Assembly (NCBI GenBank): GCA_963796275.1
Contig: CAWCKY010000007.1
Span: forward strand, 320,001 to 384,000
DNA: 64,000 nt
Reading direction: 5' to 3'
Source: an uncultured Acidobacteriota bacterium
Lineage (GTDB): Bacteria; Acidobacteriota; Blastocatellia; RBC074
Below the pieces are notes generated by a model that worked only from the letters and a program-made list of their open reading frames with translations, was not told the origin of the DNA and made no database searches. Below, piece after piece: positions 23,579-36,433 of the stretch. Numbering within the stretch: the first letter of the stretch is position 1; the number at the start of each line of letters is the position of its first letter. The position numbers and the translations under genes are program-made.

Positions 23579-23980
23579 AAATTATGTTTCCTCCTTTAGT
23601 TGCCTAAAGTTCATAAGGTTATGGGGAAGTCAAATTTCGTGAAATGAGCTTTAAAACTCAGTCCTGTTTGCGACATATGCAAACAATTAGAAGGGCACGA
23701 TTAGCGATTTTTGGTTCACATCAACCTTCGCCTCTCACCTCCGCTCTGGGCTTCAGCTCTGAGCTTCGGGTCGAATGTAACCAAGTGAGTGTTTACTTAA
23801 TTCGCCACCACTCTGCGGGGATAGTGACATTTGGCACATGATAAGCTATTCGTCCCAGATTGCAACAACAAATTTCACCAGCAACTTATCCATTAGAGAT
23901 ATAGTTGTTTCTCTTCACACCCTGTAAAATCCCTAATGGATTCTCGGAAAATCGATCATTGTGAGTAACAATCACACCTT

Positions 23981-25468
23981 ATGCTACGACTCATCGTTCA
24001 AAATGGATTACTCGCCGGGCAAGAAATTAAATTCTTTGGCCGTGAAAGCCGAAACTTATCCCTCGGAAATAACCAAAATTGTGATCTATTCTTCCCTGAA
24101 AACTCCGTCTCTCCCTTCCATGCTAGAATTGTATTAGATGGCGATAATGTTCTACTCATCGATGAGGCTAGCGCCGACGGCATATTTGTAAACGGGATGA
24201 GGGTTGAGAGCGCCGGGTTGCGGGACGGAGACGTGGTCGAACTTGGGCGCGCGGGGCCTCGGCTTCTGGTATTGATTGACGGGGCTGGAGAGCCCGGGGT
24301 GCGGGGTGAGCTCGAAGTAACGCCGGTGGAGCCGACGCCGAGGGAAATAATTCGCCATACGGCAGATCACCTCGGCCTCTTTGATCCGCGTCATGATTCC
24401 GGCCGAACCCCGCATGGTGTCGAGGTCGGATGTTTATTAATGATGATATTCGCCGTTTTCGGTTTCACGGTGCTCAGCCTGACCGGCTCTCAGCTGGGGA
24501 TCGGGGTAGTTCTGATCAGCGGGTTAATCGCCTTCGCAACCGCCATCTTTTATTTAAGGATATTTCTCTGGCTCGACCGGTTCGACCCCGAACCGCCCCG
24601 GACGCTGGCGTTCGCCTTTGCTTGGGGAGCGACAATCGCGGTCTTCTTTTCGGGCATCGTCAATGATCTTTCGCAATCCTTCATCGGAGATCAGCTGACC
24701 GGAATCGTCTCCGCGCCCATCATAGAGGAGGGATGTAAAGGGCTAGGGGTGATATTGATCGCTCTCCTCTTCCGCAAGGATTTCGACAGCGTCGTCGACG
24801 GGATAGTTTATGGAGGCGTGGTGGCACTGGGGTTTGCGACGATGGAGAATATCGATTACTACGGCGTGAGCCTGGCCCACGGCGGCGCCAGCAGCCTGAT
24901 CGCGACATTCTTCATTCGCGGCGTACTGGCGCCCTTCTCGCATGTCCTCTTCACGAGCATGACGGGCATCGGGTGCGGCATCGCGCGTGAAACTCACAGC
25001 CTGCGCGTTAAACTGATAGCGACCTCGGCGGGCGTCTTGGGCGCGATGTTACTCCATGCTCTCTGGAACGCGCTGGCATCATTTGGCGGCTCGATTTTCC
25101 TGACGGGATATTTTCTGCTTCAGATGCCTCTTTTCATAGGGTTCATTGCAATCATCGCTTATCTGGTGAGGCGCGAGGGAAGGATACTCAGAAAGACGCT
25201 CGCGCCGGAGGTCGAACGCGGGTTGATCTCTCCGCAGCAGCTCGAGATCGCAATCTCGGTCTTTCGCCGGACCGAATGGCTGGCTACAGCTATCGGAAAT
25301 TCAAAACTCTTCGATGCTCGCCGCCGGTTTCTCCGCGCCGTGGCGAAACTCGGCCTCTGCCGCTGGCATCAGGCGCGCGCAGCGGAAGCCAGCAGGGATA
25401 CGGGAAGTTTGCTCCTCATCTCTAAGCTTCAGTCCGAGGTATTCATTTTGAGAGATATGGTTGGTTGA
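23981..25468 (+). CDS. FHA domain + PrsW family intramembrane protease
   Basis: N-terminal FHA-like (VSPFHARI, GIFVNG, LRDGDVVELG); PrsW motifs APIIEEGCKG, GFATMEN, HVLFT, LHALWN. Confidence 0.85.
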   Translation: MLRLIVQNGLLAGQEIKFFGRESRNLSLGNNQNCDLFFPENSVSPFHARIVLDGDNVLLIDEASADGIFVNGMRVESAGLRDGDVVELGRAGPRLLVLIDGAGEPGVRGELEVTPVEPTPREIIRHTADHLGLFDPRHDSGRTPHGVEVGCLLMMIFAVFGFTVLSLTGSQLGIGVVLISGLIAFATAIFYLRIFLWLDRFDPEPPRTLAFAFAWGATIAVFFSGIVNDLSQSFIGDQLTGIVSAPIIEEGCKGLGVILIALLFRKDFDSVVDGIVYGGVVALGFATMENIDYYGVSLAHGGASSLIATFFIRGVLAPFSHVLFTSMTGIGCGIARETHSLRVKLIATSAGVLGAMLLHALWNALASFGGSIFLTGYFLLQMPLFIGFIAIIAYLVRREGRILRKTLAPEVERGLISPQQLEIAISVFRRTEWLATAIGNSKLFDARRRFLRAVAKLGLCRWHQARAAEASRDTGSLLLISKLQSEVFILRDMVG

Positions 25469-25538
25469 TTGAGACGCGAGCGAAATAGTGCAAAATAATA
25501 GAGTCCACCAGATTGTATCGATGTTCGGCGTCAAACGC

Positions 25539-25620
25539 GATCTGTTCGGAGTTTCGCCTTCAGGCGGTCGGGAAATCATCCGAAAAAAAAGACCGCGTAA
25601 ACGCGGAACTCCAAACGATC
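25539..25620. repeat. REP-like inverted repeat pair
   Basis: GTTCGGAGTTTCGCCTTCAGGCGGTC ... GACCGCGTAAACGCGGAACTCCAAAC, an imperfect inverted pair with internal hairpins. Confidence 0.6.
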
Positions 25621-25693
25621 TGTAGTGATTATCGGTTGATCGGAAGGCTCAAAATAACAGAAGGCGAAGGCGCTTGGTGAGATAATACATCAG

Positions 25694-26461
25694 ATGAACT
25701 TCTCGGGAATTTCGGGAAAATCGTTTCTTGGCAGGTCGTTGCGCTACCCGCTCAGATTTATTCCCCGCCAGATGAAGATGCCGATCTTGCAAGGGAAGAT
25801 GAGAGGGAAGAAATGGATCGTCGGATCGAGCAACCACGGTTGCTGGCTGGGCAGCTACGAATACGAGCAGCGTATTCTCTTCGAGGATTTGGTATCTGAA
25901 GGCAGCGTCGTTTTTGACGTCGGTGCGCACGTGGGTTTTTATTCGCTCCTGGCGGCGATTCTGGTCGGAACGCGCGGGAAAGTTTATTCTTTCGAACCGC
26001 TGCCGACCAACTTACATTATTTGCAAGCGCACCTGCGTATCAATCGAATCACCAATGTAACCGTAGTCGAGAAGGCCGTGTCGGACAGCCCAGGCGAGGC
26101 GACATTTGTGGAGGAACGGAGCAGCGCTATGGGGCATTTTTCAACACATGGCTCCCTGATAGTTCCCACGGTCAGCCTCGATGATTTATTCCGGGATGGA
26201 GAGATACCATCCCCGGATTTCATCAAGATCGATGTCGAAAATGCGGCCTGGCTGGTTTTGACGGGAGCCGAGAAATTGCTGCGGAGCGCCCGGCCGACTA
26301 TCTTTCTATCCACCGACCCCCAGTCTTGGCGCCTCGAGTGCCACCAGTTTTTAGAGTCGCTCGGGTATCAACTGCGCCCCATAGATGCGACCAGTATGGA
26401 ACAAGCTGTCGAGATTCTGGCCTGCCATCCGGCGATGGCGGAAGAGCGAAATTCGAAATAA
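25694..26461 (+). CDS. FkbM family methyltransferase
   Basis: VFDVGAHVGFYS, SFEP, FIKIDVE. Confidence 0.9.
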   Translation: MNFSGISGKSFLGRSLRYPLRFIPRQMKMPILQGKMRGKKWIVGSSNHGCWLGSYEYEQRILFEDLVSEGSVVFDVGAHVGFYSLLAAILVGTRGKVYSFEPLPTNLHYLQAHLRINRITNVTVVEKAVSDSPGEATFVEERSSAMGHFSTHGSLIVPTVSLDDLFRDGEIPSPDFIKIDVENAAWLVLTGAEKLLRSARPTIFLSTDPQSWRLECHQFLESLGYQLRPIDATSMEQAVEILACHPAMAEERNSK

Positions 26462-26472
26462 ACGAAAATAAA

Positions 26473-26534
26473 AATTCAGTTTTTAGTTGCTGATCGAGAC
26501 AGCTCAGCTAAAAACTAAAAACTGAAATTAACTG
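26473..26534. repeat. Inverted heptamer tandem repeat (AAAACTG/AAAACTA family)
   Basis: TTCAGTTTTTAGTTG ... CAGCTAAAAACTAAAAACTGAAA; same family as 39295-39370. Confidence 0.6.
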
Positions 26535-26589
26535 TTCAGCCTCTTCGCCGCGTTAGCGGCGGTTGATTGTAGCCGTGGGTTTTAACCCA

Positions 26590-27980
26590 CTGGTATCTAC
26601 ACATTTCCGACGGTTAGGAATAGCCTGGCACAATGAGCCGGGCCATCTGTTTAAGGTCATTGAGGTCATAATGTTCGAGCAATTCAAGTGTCGACAAGAA
26701 ACTCCAAAACCCAGCCAACAATGCTGGTGCAGTGGGTTGCCCACGCCGAACTTGTCGACCGCTCAATCGCACCAAGAGATTGCGCAGGGTGACCGTCTGC
26801 GGATCCGTTGCGCGTTGGATGTGCCAGACTACGACACAAGCCATGGCCACCACCAACAAACGTTTGGCAATCGCCTCAGCAGTTTCCTGCTGCCACTGGT
26901 CGACTTGGAAACCATGGCTTTTAAGCAACTTGAAGTAAGATTCAATTCTCCAGCGCCAGTAGTACCATTCGGCCAGTTGCTCAGCGCTGATGCCAGCCGG
27001 CACGTTACTGAGCAAGTACCATTCAGCCGCAATCGTTTCATCGGGCAAGCGCAGTTGACAGACAATCAAGCGCAGTTCGAGCGGCTCACCTTTGATCCAT
27101 TGACGCTTGCCCCCGTCGCGCGCGCGGGGAAAGGCCGGACGATCAATGACGATGCTGGTTTCGCCCACAAACAGTTGCCCAATGAGATTGGCCGAAATCT
27201 CTACCGCTTGGCTAGCGCGCAAGGCGACCTGTGCTGCGACCTGGCTCAACGGTTGTGTCCGCTCCTGCCAAACAACTCTCTGTTCCCCGTTGGCACGTAC
27301 TTCAAACAGATGGCCTTCACTATTCCATTGACGATAGTGAAAGATCGAGTCGCCTTCCCGATCAATGATGTGGACCAGCGGCAACGACAGTTTTTGCTTC
27401 TGCGAAGCCCGCATTGTCTGGCTCACCAATCCCAGGGGCGACCAATCTCTGTGCCTCTCTTCATCAAGCGTTGTGTGCCATCCATCATTGGCCCACAGCC
27501 CAAGGCTGATCGGCGCTATCGGCGCCCCGCTCTGGTCGCTCAGCAGCAACGTGGTCGCCAGTTTGTAGCCCAAGTCGCTGCCGATTTTTTTCCGATCCTT
27601 CTTGCTCGTGTGCGTTCCGTAGCGCAGATCAGACCAGTCGTGGATCGCCAGTCCATACCGTCGACAGACAAGCGGCATCTCCCGCCGAGCTTGTTCTACC
27701 AACGGTTCGACCAGCCCCGTCAGCTTCACATTGGGGTTGGCATAAAATCGCCAGGCCGCTTGCGTGCTGGCAAACGCTTCATTAACGCTCGGCAGCGCAC
27801 GCGATCCAGCAGCTTGATTCTCGCTTGTATGGAGATGTTCATTCACCAGCCTCTCATACCGTCTTTGCAAACGGGGGTCAAATGGAGGTTTGAGGAGAAA
27901 CATTCAAAGAGCATATTCTTCGGTAGGTTTGATTGCGATAACTCTTTGCAACCAAACGCAAAAACTTGTGTAGATACCAG
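26590..27980 (-). mobile_element. IS4 family (IS50/Tn5-like) insertion sequence
   Basis: TIRs CTGGTATCTACACA (26590-26603) / TGTGTAGATACCAG (27967-27980); flanked by direct repeat TGGGTTTTAACCCA (26576-26589, 27981-27994); one end reads CTGGTATCTACACAAGT, similar to the Tn5 outside end. Confidence 0.9.
26614..27903 (-). CDS. IS4 family transposase
   Basis: IHDWS, IIDREGD and YYWRWRIESYFKLLKS (Y-x2-R-x3-E-x6-K signature). Confidence 0.92.
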   Translation of the reverse strand: MFLLKPPFDPRLQRRYERLVNEHLHTSENQAAGSRALPSVNEAFASTQAAWRFYANPNVKLTGLVEPLVEQARREMPLVCRRYGLAIHDWSDLRYGTHTSKKDRKKIGSDLGYKLATTLLLSDQSGAPIAPISLGLWANDGWHTTLDEERHRDWSPLGLVSQTMRASQKQKLSLPLVHIIDREGDSIFHYRQWNSEGHLFEVRANGEQRVVWQERTQPLSQVAAQVALRASQAVEISANLIGQLFVGETSIVIDRPAFPRARDGGKRQWIKGEPLELRLIVCQLRLPDETIAAEWYLLSNVPAGISAEQLAEWYYWRWRIESYFKLLKSHGFQVDQWQQETAEAIAKRLLVVAMACVVVWHIQRATDPQTVTLRNLLVRLSGRQVRRGQPTAPALLAGFWSFLSTLELLEHYDLNDLKQMARLIVPGYS

Positions 27981-28239
27981 TGGGTTTTAACCCACGGACG
28001 GCTTGAATGATATTCCCGCGTCGCGTCAGCGACGCCTGATTCAACCGTCGCTGACGCGACGTGAAAAAATCTATACCGCTACCGTGGGTTAAAACCCACG
28101 GCTACAATCAACCGCCGCTAACGCGGCGAAGAGGCTGAGCAGTCACAATAAAAATATATATAGGCAATTTCCCTTGGTCTTTATTTTCGTTCGGTCTCTT
28201 CCAGCATAGCGAAGCGCCCATAATAGTGAAAAATACCTA

Positions 28240-31071
<2,832 letters not shown>

Positions 31072-31213
31072 GGAGAATCCTCTCTGAAAAGCGCGATTTG
31101 GGTTTTGAGTCTTGATGCCTCTAGACAATAAACCGTGTCATTGAGGTGTAGCAATTGTGATTACGGCGGGAGCCGGAGTTTGGTTACATTTCACCATTTC
31201 AAAAGCGGGTTAA

Positions 31214-31304
31214 GGGAATGGATAATTGATAATGGATAATTGATAATTCGTATGGATTGTTGCCATGGTCTATACGAATTATCAATTATCCATTACCCAT
31301 TCCC
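31214..31304 (-). repeat. Heptamer-armed hairpin element, copy 1
   Basis: (AATGGAT/AATTGAT)n arms around a core that reads AATTCGTATAGACCATGGCAACAATCCATACGAATT on the minus strand. Confidence 0.8.
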
Positions 31305-31381
31305 AGTTGCTTTTTTGTGCCACAATTTTGTTCAATTAATAACTATGAAATATATGATAGGAGGGATCTCTGCTTCAGCGT

Positions 31382-32428
31382 GTGCGCAGCCTGGTCAATG
31401 ATTTTGGATGGAACGCGACGGCCTATCAGATCATTAATCCCGGAATTTCACATTGGTTTGCGAAAGCGGACGATGCGGTCATCGGATATGTCGAGCATCA
31501 TGGCGTTCGTCTCGTGGCGGGCGCGCCGGTCTGCGCCGGAGAGAGGCTGGCGGATGTAGTTGAGGAGTTCGAGCGCGATGCCGCGCGCAGGAAACTCAAG
31601 GTCTGTTATTTCGGAGCCGAAGCGCGGCTTGACTCCTGCCTTGCCGATTCGCGAAGGCATTCCCGGATGTGGCTCGGCGCGCAACCGGTGTGGCAGCCGA
31701 ACAGCTGGGCGGGCATCTTCGCCGGGCAGTCATCATTGCGGGCGCAACTCAATCGAGCGCGCAATAAGTCAGTATCAGTGGGCGAGTGGCCCGTCGAGCA
31801 GGCCAGCGGGCATCCTGAGTTGCGCCGTTGTTTGAGCGAATGGCTGGCGACGCGCGGATTGCCCCCGATGCATTTTCTGGTGGAGCCGCATACGCTCGAA
31901 CGGCTCTATGATCGCCGCGTTTTTGTGGCGGAGCGGAGCGGAGCGGTGATCGGATATCTCGTAAGCTCTCCCGTGCCGGTACGTAACGGCTGGTTGATCG
32001 AGCAGATCGTGCGCGGCGCAGGCGCGGTCAACGGAACCAACGAACTGCTGTTGGACGCGGCGGTGCGAGCGGCGGCGGCGAGCGGCAGCTGTTATCTCAC
32101 CCTCGGTCTGTCGCCGCTCTCAAAACGAGGAGCAACACCGTCAGATTCCAATCCGCTCTGGCTGCGGATGCTGCTGACCTGGATGCGCGCTCATGGCAGG
32201 CGATTCTATAACTTCGAAGGCGTGGATGCCTTCAAGGCGAAGTTCCAGCCAGATCGGTGGGAACCGGTCTATGCTATCGCCAATGAGCCGCGATTTTCAC
32301 CGGATATGCTGTACGCTATCGCTGCCGCTTTCACCCAGGGGCGCCCTGTGAGTGCGGTTACCATTGCTCTTTGGCGTGCGCTTCGTCAGGAAGTTGAATG
32401 GCTAGTGCAAAGAGAGATGCATATCTGA
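31382..32428 (+). CDS. DUF2156 / aminoacyl-phosphatidylglycerol synthase C-terminal-like domain protein (stand-alone)
   Basis: AGAPVC, LRAQLNRARN, TLGLSPL, FYNFEGVDAFKAKFQP.WEPVY. Confidence 0.8.
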   Translation: MRSLVNDFGWNATAYQIINPGISHWFAKADDAVIGYVEHHGVRLVAGAPVCAGERLADVVEEFERDAARRKLKVCYFGAEARLDSCLADSRRHSRMWLGAQPVWQPNSWAGIFAGQSSLRAQLNRARNKSVSVGEWPVEQASGHPELRRCLSEWLATRGLPPMHFLVEPHTLERLYDRRVFVAERSGAVIGYLVSSPVPVRNGWLIEQIVRGAGAVNGTNELLLDAAVRAAAASGSCYLTLGLSPLSKRGATPSDSNPLWLRMLLTWMRAHGRRFYNFEGVDAFKAKFQPDRWEPVYAIANEPRFSPDMLYAIAAAFTQGRPVSAVTIALWRALRQEVEWLVQREMHI

Positions 32429-32447
32429 GTTTTGAGCGAGCTGAACC

Positions 32448-33362
32448 TCACAACTTATCGGTAATTCTTGCCGGATTCCTAAACCGGATCCTTGCAGCGA
32501 TGGCCGCGGCAAAACGATCGGCGGCGCCGGCCGCGTGACCGAGGAACAGAACAGGCTCGGTGAGCTCAATCTCGATCAGGACTGGGGCGCCCTCCGGCCC
32601 GGGCAGCAGGTCTACTCTGGCGTAGAGCAATCTTTCGGGACCTCCAGGAACAGCGGCGAGTACCTGTTCCGCAAGTGCCGACTGCGCTCTGGTTGGGCGT
32701 TGGATTCGCAGGCCGGCCTCCCAGTCGTGCTGGAACCTGCGGTCTAGGCCGGTGTCCGGCCCGTCGAGAACGGCCCTCCTGCGCATCGCGTGGCTGAACG
32801 CGCCGCCAACATAGACGAGAGATGTCTCCCCTTCAGTGTCAACTCCGGCAAGATAAGGCTGCACCATCACAGTTCGTCCGGCCAGCTGCAGGCGTCTGAC
32901 GTGGTCAACGGCTAAGCCGCGCTGGCTGCCGTCGTCCAATCTATAGCGGCCCGTGTCCAGGCTGGCCAGGCTCACAGCCGGCTTAACAACCCACTCACCA
33001 TTCGTCGGGAATGTCCATGGCTGTTCCGGTTGTAACCAGATTGTTTGAACGACCGGCACCCCTGAGCCGGCGAGCTCCTGCAGATAGCGCTTGTCGGTAT
33101 TCCATTCAATCACATCTGCCGGATTCGCCAATCGGGGAACGCGATTCGCCCACGCGAGGAACTCCGAGCGCCGGTGTATGTAGTCCCAGGGACTGCGCAC
33201 GACGGTCAGGTCGAAGACAGACCAGTCGATATTCGGGTCGTCCCAGACGGCCGGCATAGCCGAGATGCCCAGTGCGGCGAGCGGATCGACCAGCAGCCTG
33301 GTGTCGGAGTCCAGCTCGGGGACCTCCCGGCACGTCACCAGCGCGATCATTGGTGTAGTCAA
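32448..33362 (-). CDS. RimK/glutathione synthetase-like ATP-grasp protein
   Basis: RSPWDY, WNTDKRYL, VVKPAVS, MVQPY, YARVD, EIELTEP. Confidence 0.85.
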   Translation of the reverse strand: MTTPMIALVTCREVPELDSDTRLLVDPLAALGISAMPAVWDDPNIDWSVFDLTVVRSPWDYIHRRSEFLAWANRVPRLANPADVIEWNTDKRYLQELAGSGVPVVQTIWLQPEQPWTFPTNGEWVVKPAVSLASLDTGRYRLDDGSQRGLAVDHVRRLQLAGRTVMVQPYLAGVDTEGETSLVYVGGAFSHAMRRRAVLDGPDTGLDRRFQHDWEAGLRIQRPTRAQSALAEQVLAAVPGGPERLLYARVDLLPGPEGAPVLIEIELTEPVLFLGHAAGAADRFAAAIAARIRFRNPARITDKL

Positions 33363-33561
33363 TCTTGAACGGTCTCCTTACCCCTGAGTATTTGTGGAAA
33401 AGGCCTAAGGTACCTTTTGCGGCTTGCTCTCGCAAGCGAAGGGAGATGGATAATTATCCTCTAGCATGAGAGTTCTCCGGACGATCTTCCACAGGATGCG
33501 AATTGTTTCTTAATCACGGGTTTCGTCCGTCACTTAAGGGTTCGCGCTGCAATGCGACATT

Positions 33562-34305
33562 TCACTCAGTGGCCCCGCTCAAGATTCCGATCGTTCGTGC
33601 GTCGAACTTATACTCGATCGGATCGATCGGCGTCATTCCCCGGTCTCTGTCGTACTCCGCCGGGACGTACTGCAGCGAACGCGATGGAGTAAGACAGGCG
33701 AAGACCATACCAACTGTCATCGGTTTCGTGCCACCGGTAAAATCCGCGATGATCTCTTCTTCGGCCAGCCCGTCGAGTTGCTCGGCATAAATCCGGTCGA
33801 CTGTTTCTTTAGTCTTGATCAAATCCCACTCTTCACTGAGCGGAACGATAGAGATCTGGACGCCGGATTTTTTGTATTCGGTGACTATCTGTGCCGCCCG
33901 CGCCTGGGCTTCCTGGGTCGCTATCAACCAGAGCCTTTTCAGCGTTTCATGATGATAGGCAATAGCCCTGTCCAGATGTGCGCGTTGGGTCAGGCTGACA
34001 AATGCGATCAGGCCTTTACGCGGCGCAGGATTGGGTTTATCGAGAAACCGGTATACGTTACGGGACGTTAGCATGGCTCGGAAGACGCCCGCCGCATAGA
34101 TCGCTGTTACTATCAAAAACAGAATCACGCTCGAAACGATAAATATCACCCAAAGTCCCACCCGTTGCTCACCGATATAGGATTTGAGCAGATCACTGGC
34201 CATATTTCCCATCACAGCCACTAAAACGGCTCCCGATAGAAATAAGATGGGGAAGCGAGGGCTGAAAAGGAGTTCGAAGGTATTGCTTGTTTTACGTTTC
34301 GACAT
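33562..34305 (-). CDS. Two-TM + CARF domain protein (Cam1-like architecture)
   Basis: Two N-terminal hydrophobic helices, then KGLIAFVS...AIAYH...LWLIAT and IIADFTGGTKPMTVG (CARF DxTGGxK motif). Confidence 0.75.
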   Translation of the reverse strand: MSKRKTSNTFELLFSPRFPILFLSGAVLVAVMGNMASDLLKSYIGEQRVGLWVIFIVSSVILFLIVTAIYAAGVFRAMLTSRNVYRFLDKPNPAPRKGLIAFVSLTQRAHLDRAIAYHHETLKRLWLIATQEAQARAAQIVTEYKKSGVQISIVPLSEEWDLIKTKETVDRIYAEQLDGLAEEEIIADFTGGTKPMTVGMVFACLTPSRSLQYVPAEYDRDRGMTPIDPIEYKFDARTIGILSGATE

Positions 34306-34361
34306 GTTTAGCTTCGAGAGTGAGCTTGCGGGTTACTCGTAACTAGAGACGATTTTTACCG

Positions 34362-36011
34362 TTATTCCATGCGCTTGATGACCGACCCATTCAACCCCGC
34401 TTTTATCGCGCCGTCTTCAAAGGCTACACGCCCGTTGATAATGACCGACCTGATCCCCTTCGCCTCGCGTCGCGGGTTTTTAAAACTCGCTCGATCATCG
34501 AGCTGGTCATGATCGAAGAGAACTATATCGGCAAATGCCCCGGGTCTGATTACGCCGCGGTCCTTCAATCCGAAAATCTGCGCTGGATAAGCGGTCATCT
34601 TGCGGACGGCCTCTTCAAGAGTGAGTGTTCTATCCTGGTCGACAAATTTGGAGATGATGCGCGGGAATGCCCCATATGCCGCCGGATGCGGCAATCCGCG
34701 ACCATAGTCTTCGGCGTCCGTACAAAAAGCGCTCAGTCGGTGGCTTGCGTATTTGGCGAGCAGGTTGCGGTCTTTGCGTTCGCCTGTGACTTCGAAGATG
34801 AGCATCGATACCTGTCCGCGTTCTTCGACGATCAGATCGGCGATCGCATCGAAAGGCGTCTTCCCCGTGAGTTCAGCAAGCTCCGCCAGGCTGCAATTCT
34901 CGTACGCCTTGTTCCGCCGGCTCTCGACGTAGCCGATATAGATCGCGTCCCAACCCGTCGCTTTGACCAGGTTGTGCGGCCAGCCGCCCGCGCGCCACGG
35001 CGGCCAGGAGGGCTTTTTGCTCGCGATCTCGGCTTCCATCCTTTTCCGCGTTTTGATGTCCTGCAATCGTTCGATCAACCGATCGACGCCGCCTTCGAGA
35101 GCCCACGGCGGATAGATCGCGATCATCATCGTGGCCGCGGCGGTGTAAGGGAACATATCGAAGCTCACTCGCACGCCTGCACGCTCGGCCTCCTCTTCCA
35201 ATGCCAGCACTCGGTCGATCTTCTGCCAGTGACCGCGCCCGACGGCTTCGTTGTGCGAATGATGGATGCGCACGCCCGTCTCACGACCGACCTCGAGCAG
35301 TTCATTCACGGCGGGGATCAATGTCTCGCTCGAACCGCGTATGTGGCTCGTATAGATGCCGCCGAATCCGGCGACGACGCGCGCGAGGTCTTTCAGTTCG
35401 TTCGTGTCCGCATACATTCCCGGGGGATAGATCAATCCGGTTGAAAGGCCGAGAGCGCCGTCTTTCATCGATCGCTCGACCATCGCCCGCATTTTTTTCA
35501 TCTGGGATTTCGACGGAGCGCCTTTCGCCAGACCCATGGCCGAGATGCGGATCGGCCCGTGCGGTGCCAGCATGGCGATGTTGAGCGTAAGACCGTTGCT
35601 CTCGAGTTGATCGAGGTATTCGCCGACCGTCCGCCAGTTCCACTCGATCTGCCGCGGCGTCATCCATGCGTTGATCGCGCGAAGCAATGCTTCGGCTTGC
35701 GAGCCGGCGAGAGGCGCGCAGCCGAGACCGCAATTGCCGATGATAGTCGTGGTGATACCCTGACCGAGTTTGCATCGCATCAATCGGGATTGCTGCTTCG
35801 GATGAAGAGGCATAATGAGATCCGCGTGTGAATGCGGATCGATAATACCGGGAATGACCGTGAGATCTTTTGCTTTGATGACCTTCCCGGCTACGCCAGG
35901 GAATTGCCCGATGGCAACTATGCGATTGTTGTTGATGGCGAGATCAGCTCGGTAGGCGGGTTGACCGGTTCCGTCAATGATCCGACCGTTTCGTATTAAA
36001 ATATCGAACAT
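34362..36011 (-). CDS. N-acyl-D-amino-acid deacylase family amidohydrolase
   Basis: PGIIDPHSH, GNCG, STGLIYPPG, SHIR, DMFPY, PHPAAYGAFPR. Confidence 0.9.
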   Translation of the reverse strand: MFDILIRNGRIIDGTGQPAYRADLAINNNRIVAIGQFPGVAGKVIKAKDLTVIPGIIDPHSHADLIMPLHPKQQSRLMRCKLGQGITTTIIGNCGLGCAPLAGSQAEALLRAINAWMTPRQIEWNWRTVGEYLDQLESNGLTLNIAMLAPHGPIRISAMGLAKGAPSKSQMKKMRAMVERSMKDGALGLSTGLIYPPGMYADTNELKDLARVVAGFGGIYTSHIRGSSETLIPAVNELLEVGRETGVRIHHSHNEAVGRGHWQKIDRVLALEEEAERAGVRVSFDMFPYTAAATMMIAIYPPWALEGGVDRLIERLQDIKTRKRMEAEIASKKPSWPPWRAGGWPHNLVKATGWDAIYIGYVESRRNKAYENCSLAELAELTGKTPFDAIADLIVEERGQVSMLIFEVTGERKDRNLLAKYASHRLSAFCTDAEDYGRGLPHPAAYGAFPRIISKFVDQDRTLTLEEAVRKMTAYPAQIFGLKDRGVIRPGAFADIVLFDHDQLDDRASFKNPRREAKGIRSVIINGRVAFEDGAIKAGLNGSVIKRME

Positions 36012-36433
36012 TCTATACTTTGGGCCTGCACCCGCTTACTAAATTTTGCGCTTCTCTTCGTTTAAACCCCCGGATGTAAGCCTGATCAGAAATCTCACAA
36101 CAGAGTGCCGAGTCAAAAACGAATAGATCTATCGAGATGTGTGAGATGTCTAAATCGATCGCTCAGATGCGGAGGCATATCTCACTTCGCCGGCAGTATC
36201 GCCGAAATCGGGTCAATCCGGCAACAATCTGGAACCTCCCGTCTCCATAGAGAAAACGGGCCACTTGTATAATCCCGTGAAATTGACTAACCTCGATGCG
36301 CAAGAGCCAATCTTCCCCCACCTTGCTCGCAAAATCGGAGTGTACAATCCTCAATCTCATTCAGCAATTTGCTCCGAATCCGCGATTTCCGACAATACTA
36401 TTTAATTGACAACAACTAAGGAGGCTACATATC

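Larger units (their letters stand above)
26536..28138. repeat. GTAG-type REP composite (BIME/REPIN-like), interrupted by an IS4 element
   Basis: Long terminal inverted repeats TCAGCCTCTTCGCCGCGTTAGCGGCGGTTGATTGTAGCCGTGGGTTTTAACCCAC / GTGGGTTAAAACCCACGGCTACAATCAACCGCCGCTAACGCGGCGAAGAGGCTGA; inner CGTCGCGTCAGCGACG hairpins. Confidence 0.85.

Noticed and set aside
26563-27990. 475-aa plus-strand ORF across the IS
   Set aside because: Antisense shadow of the IS4 transposase; no recognisable motifs.
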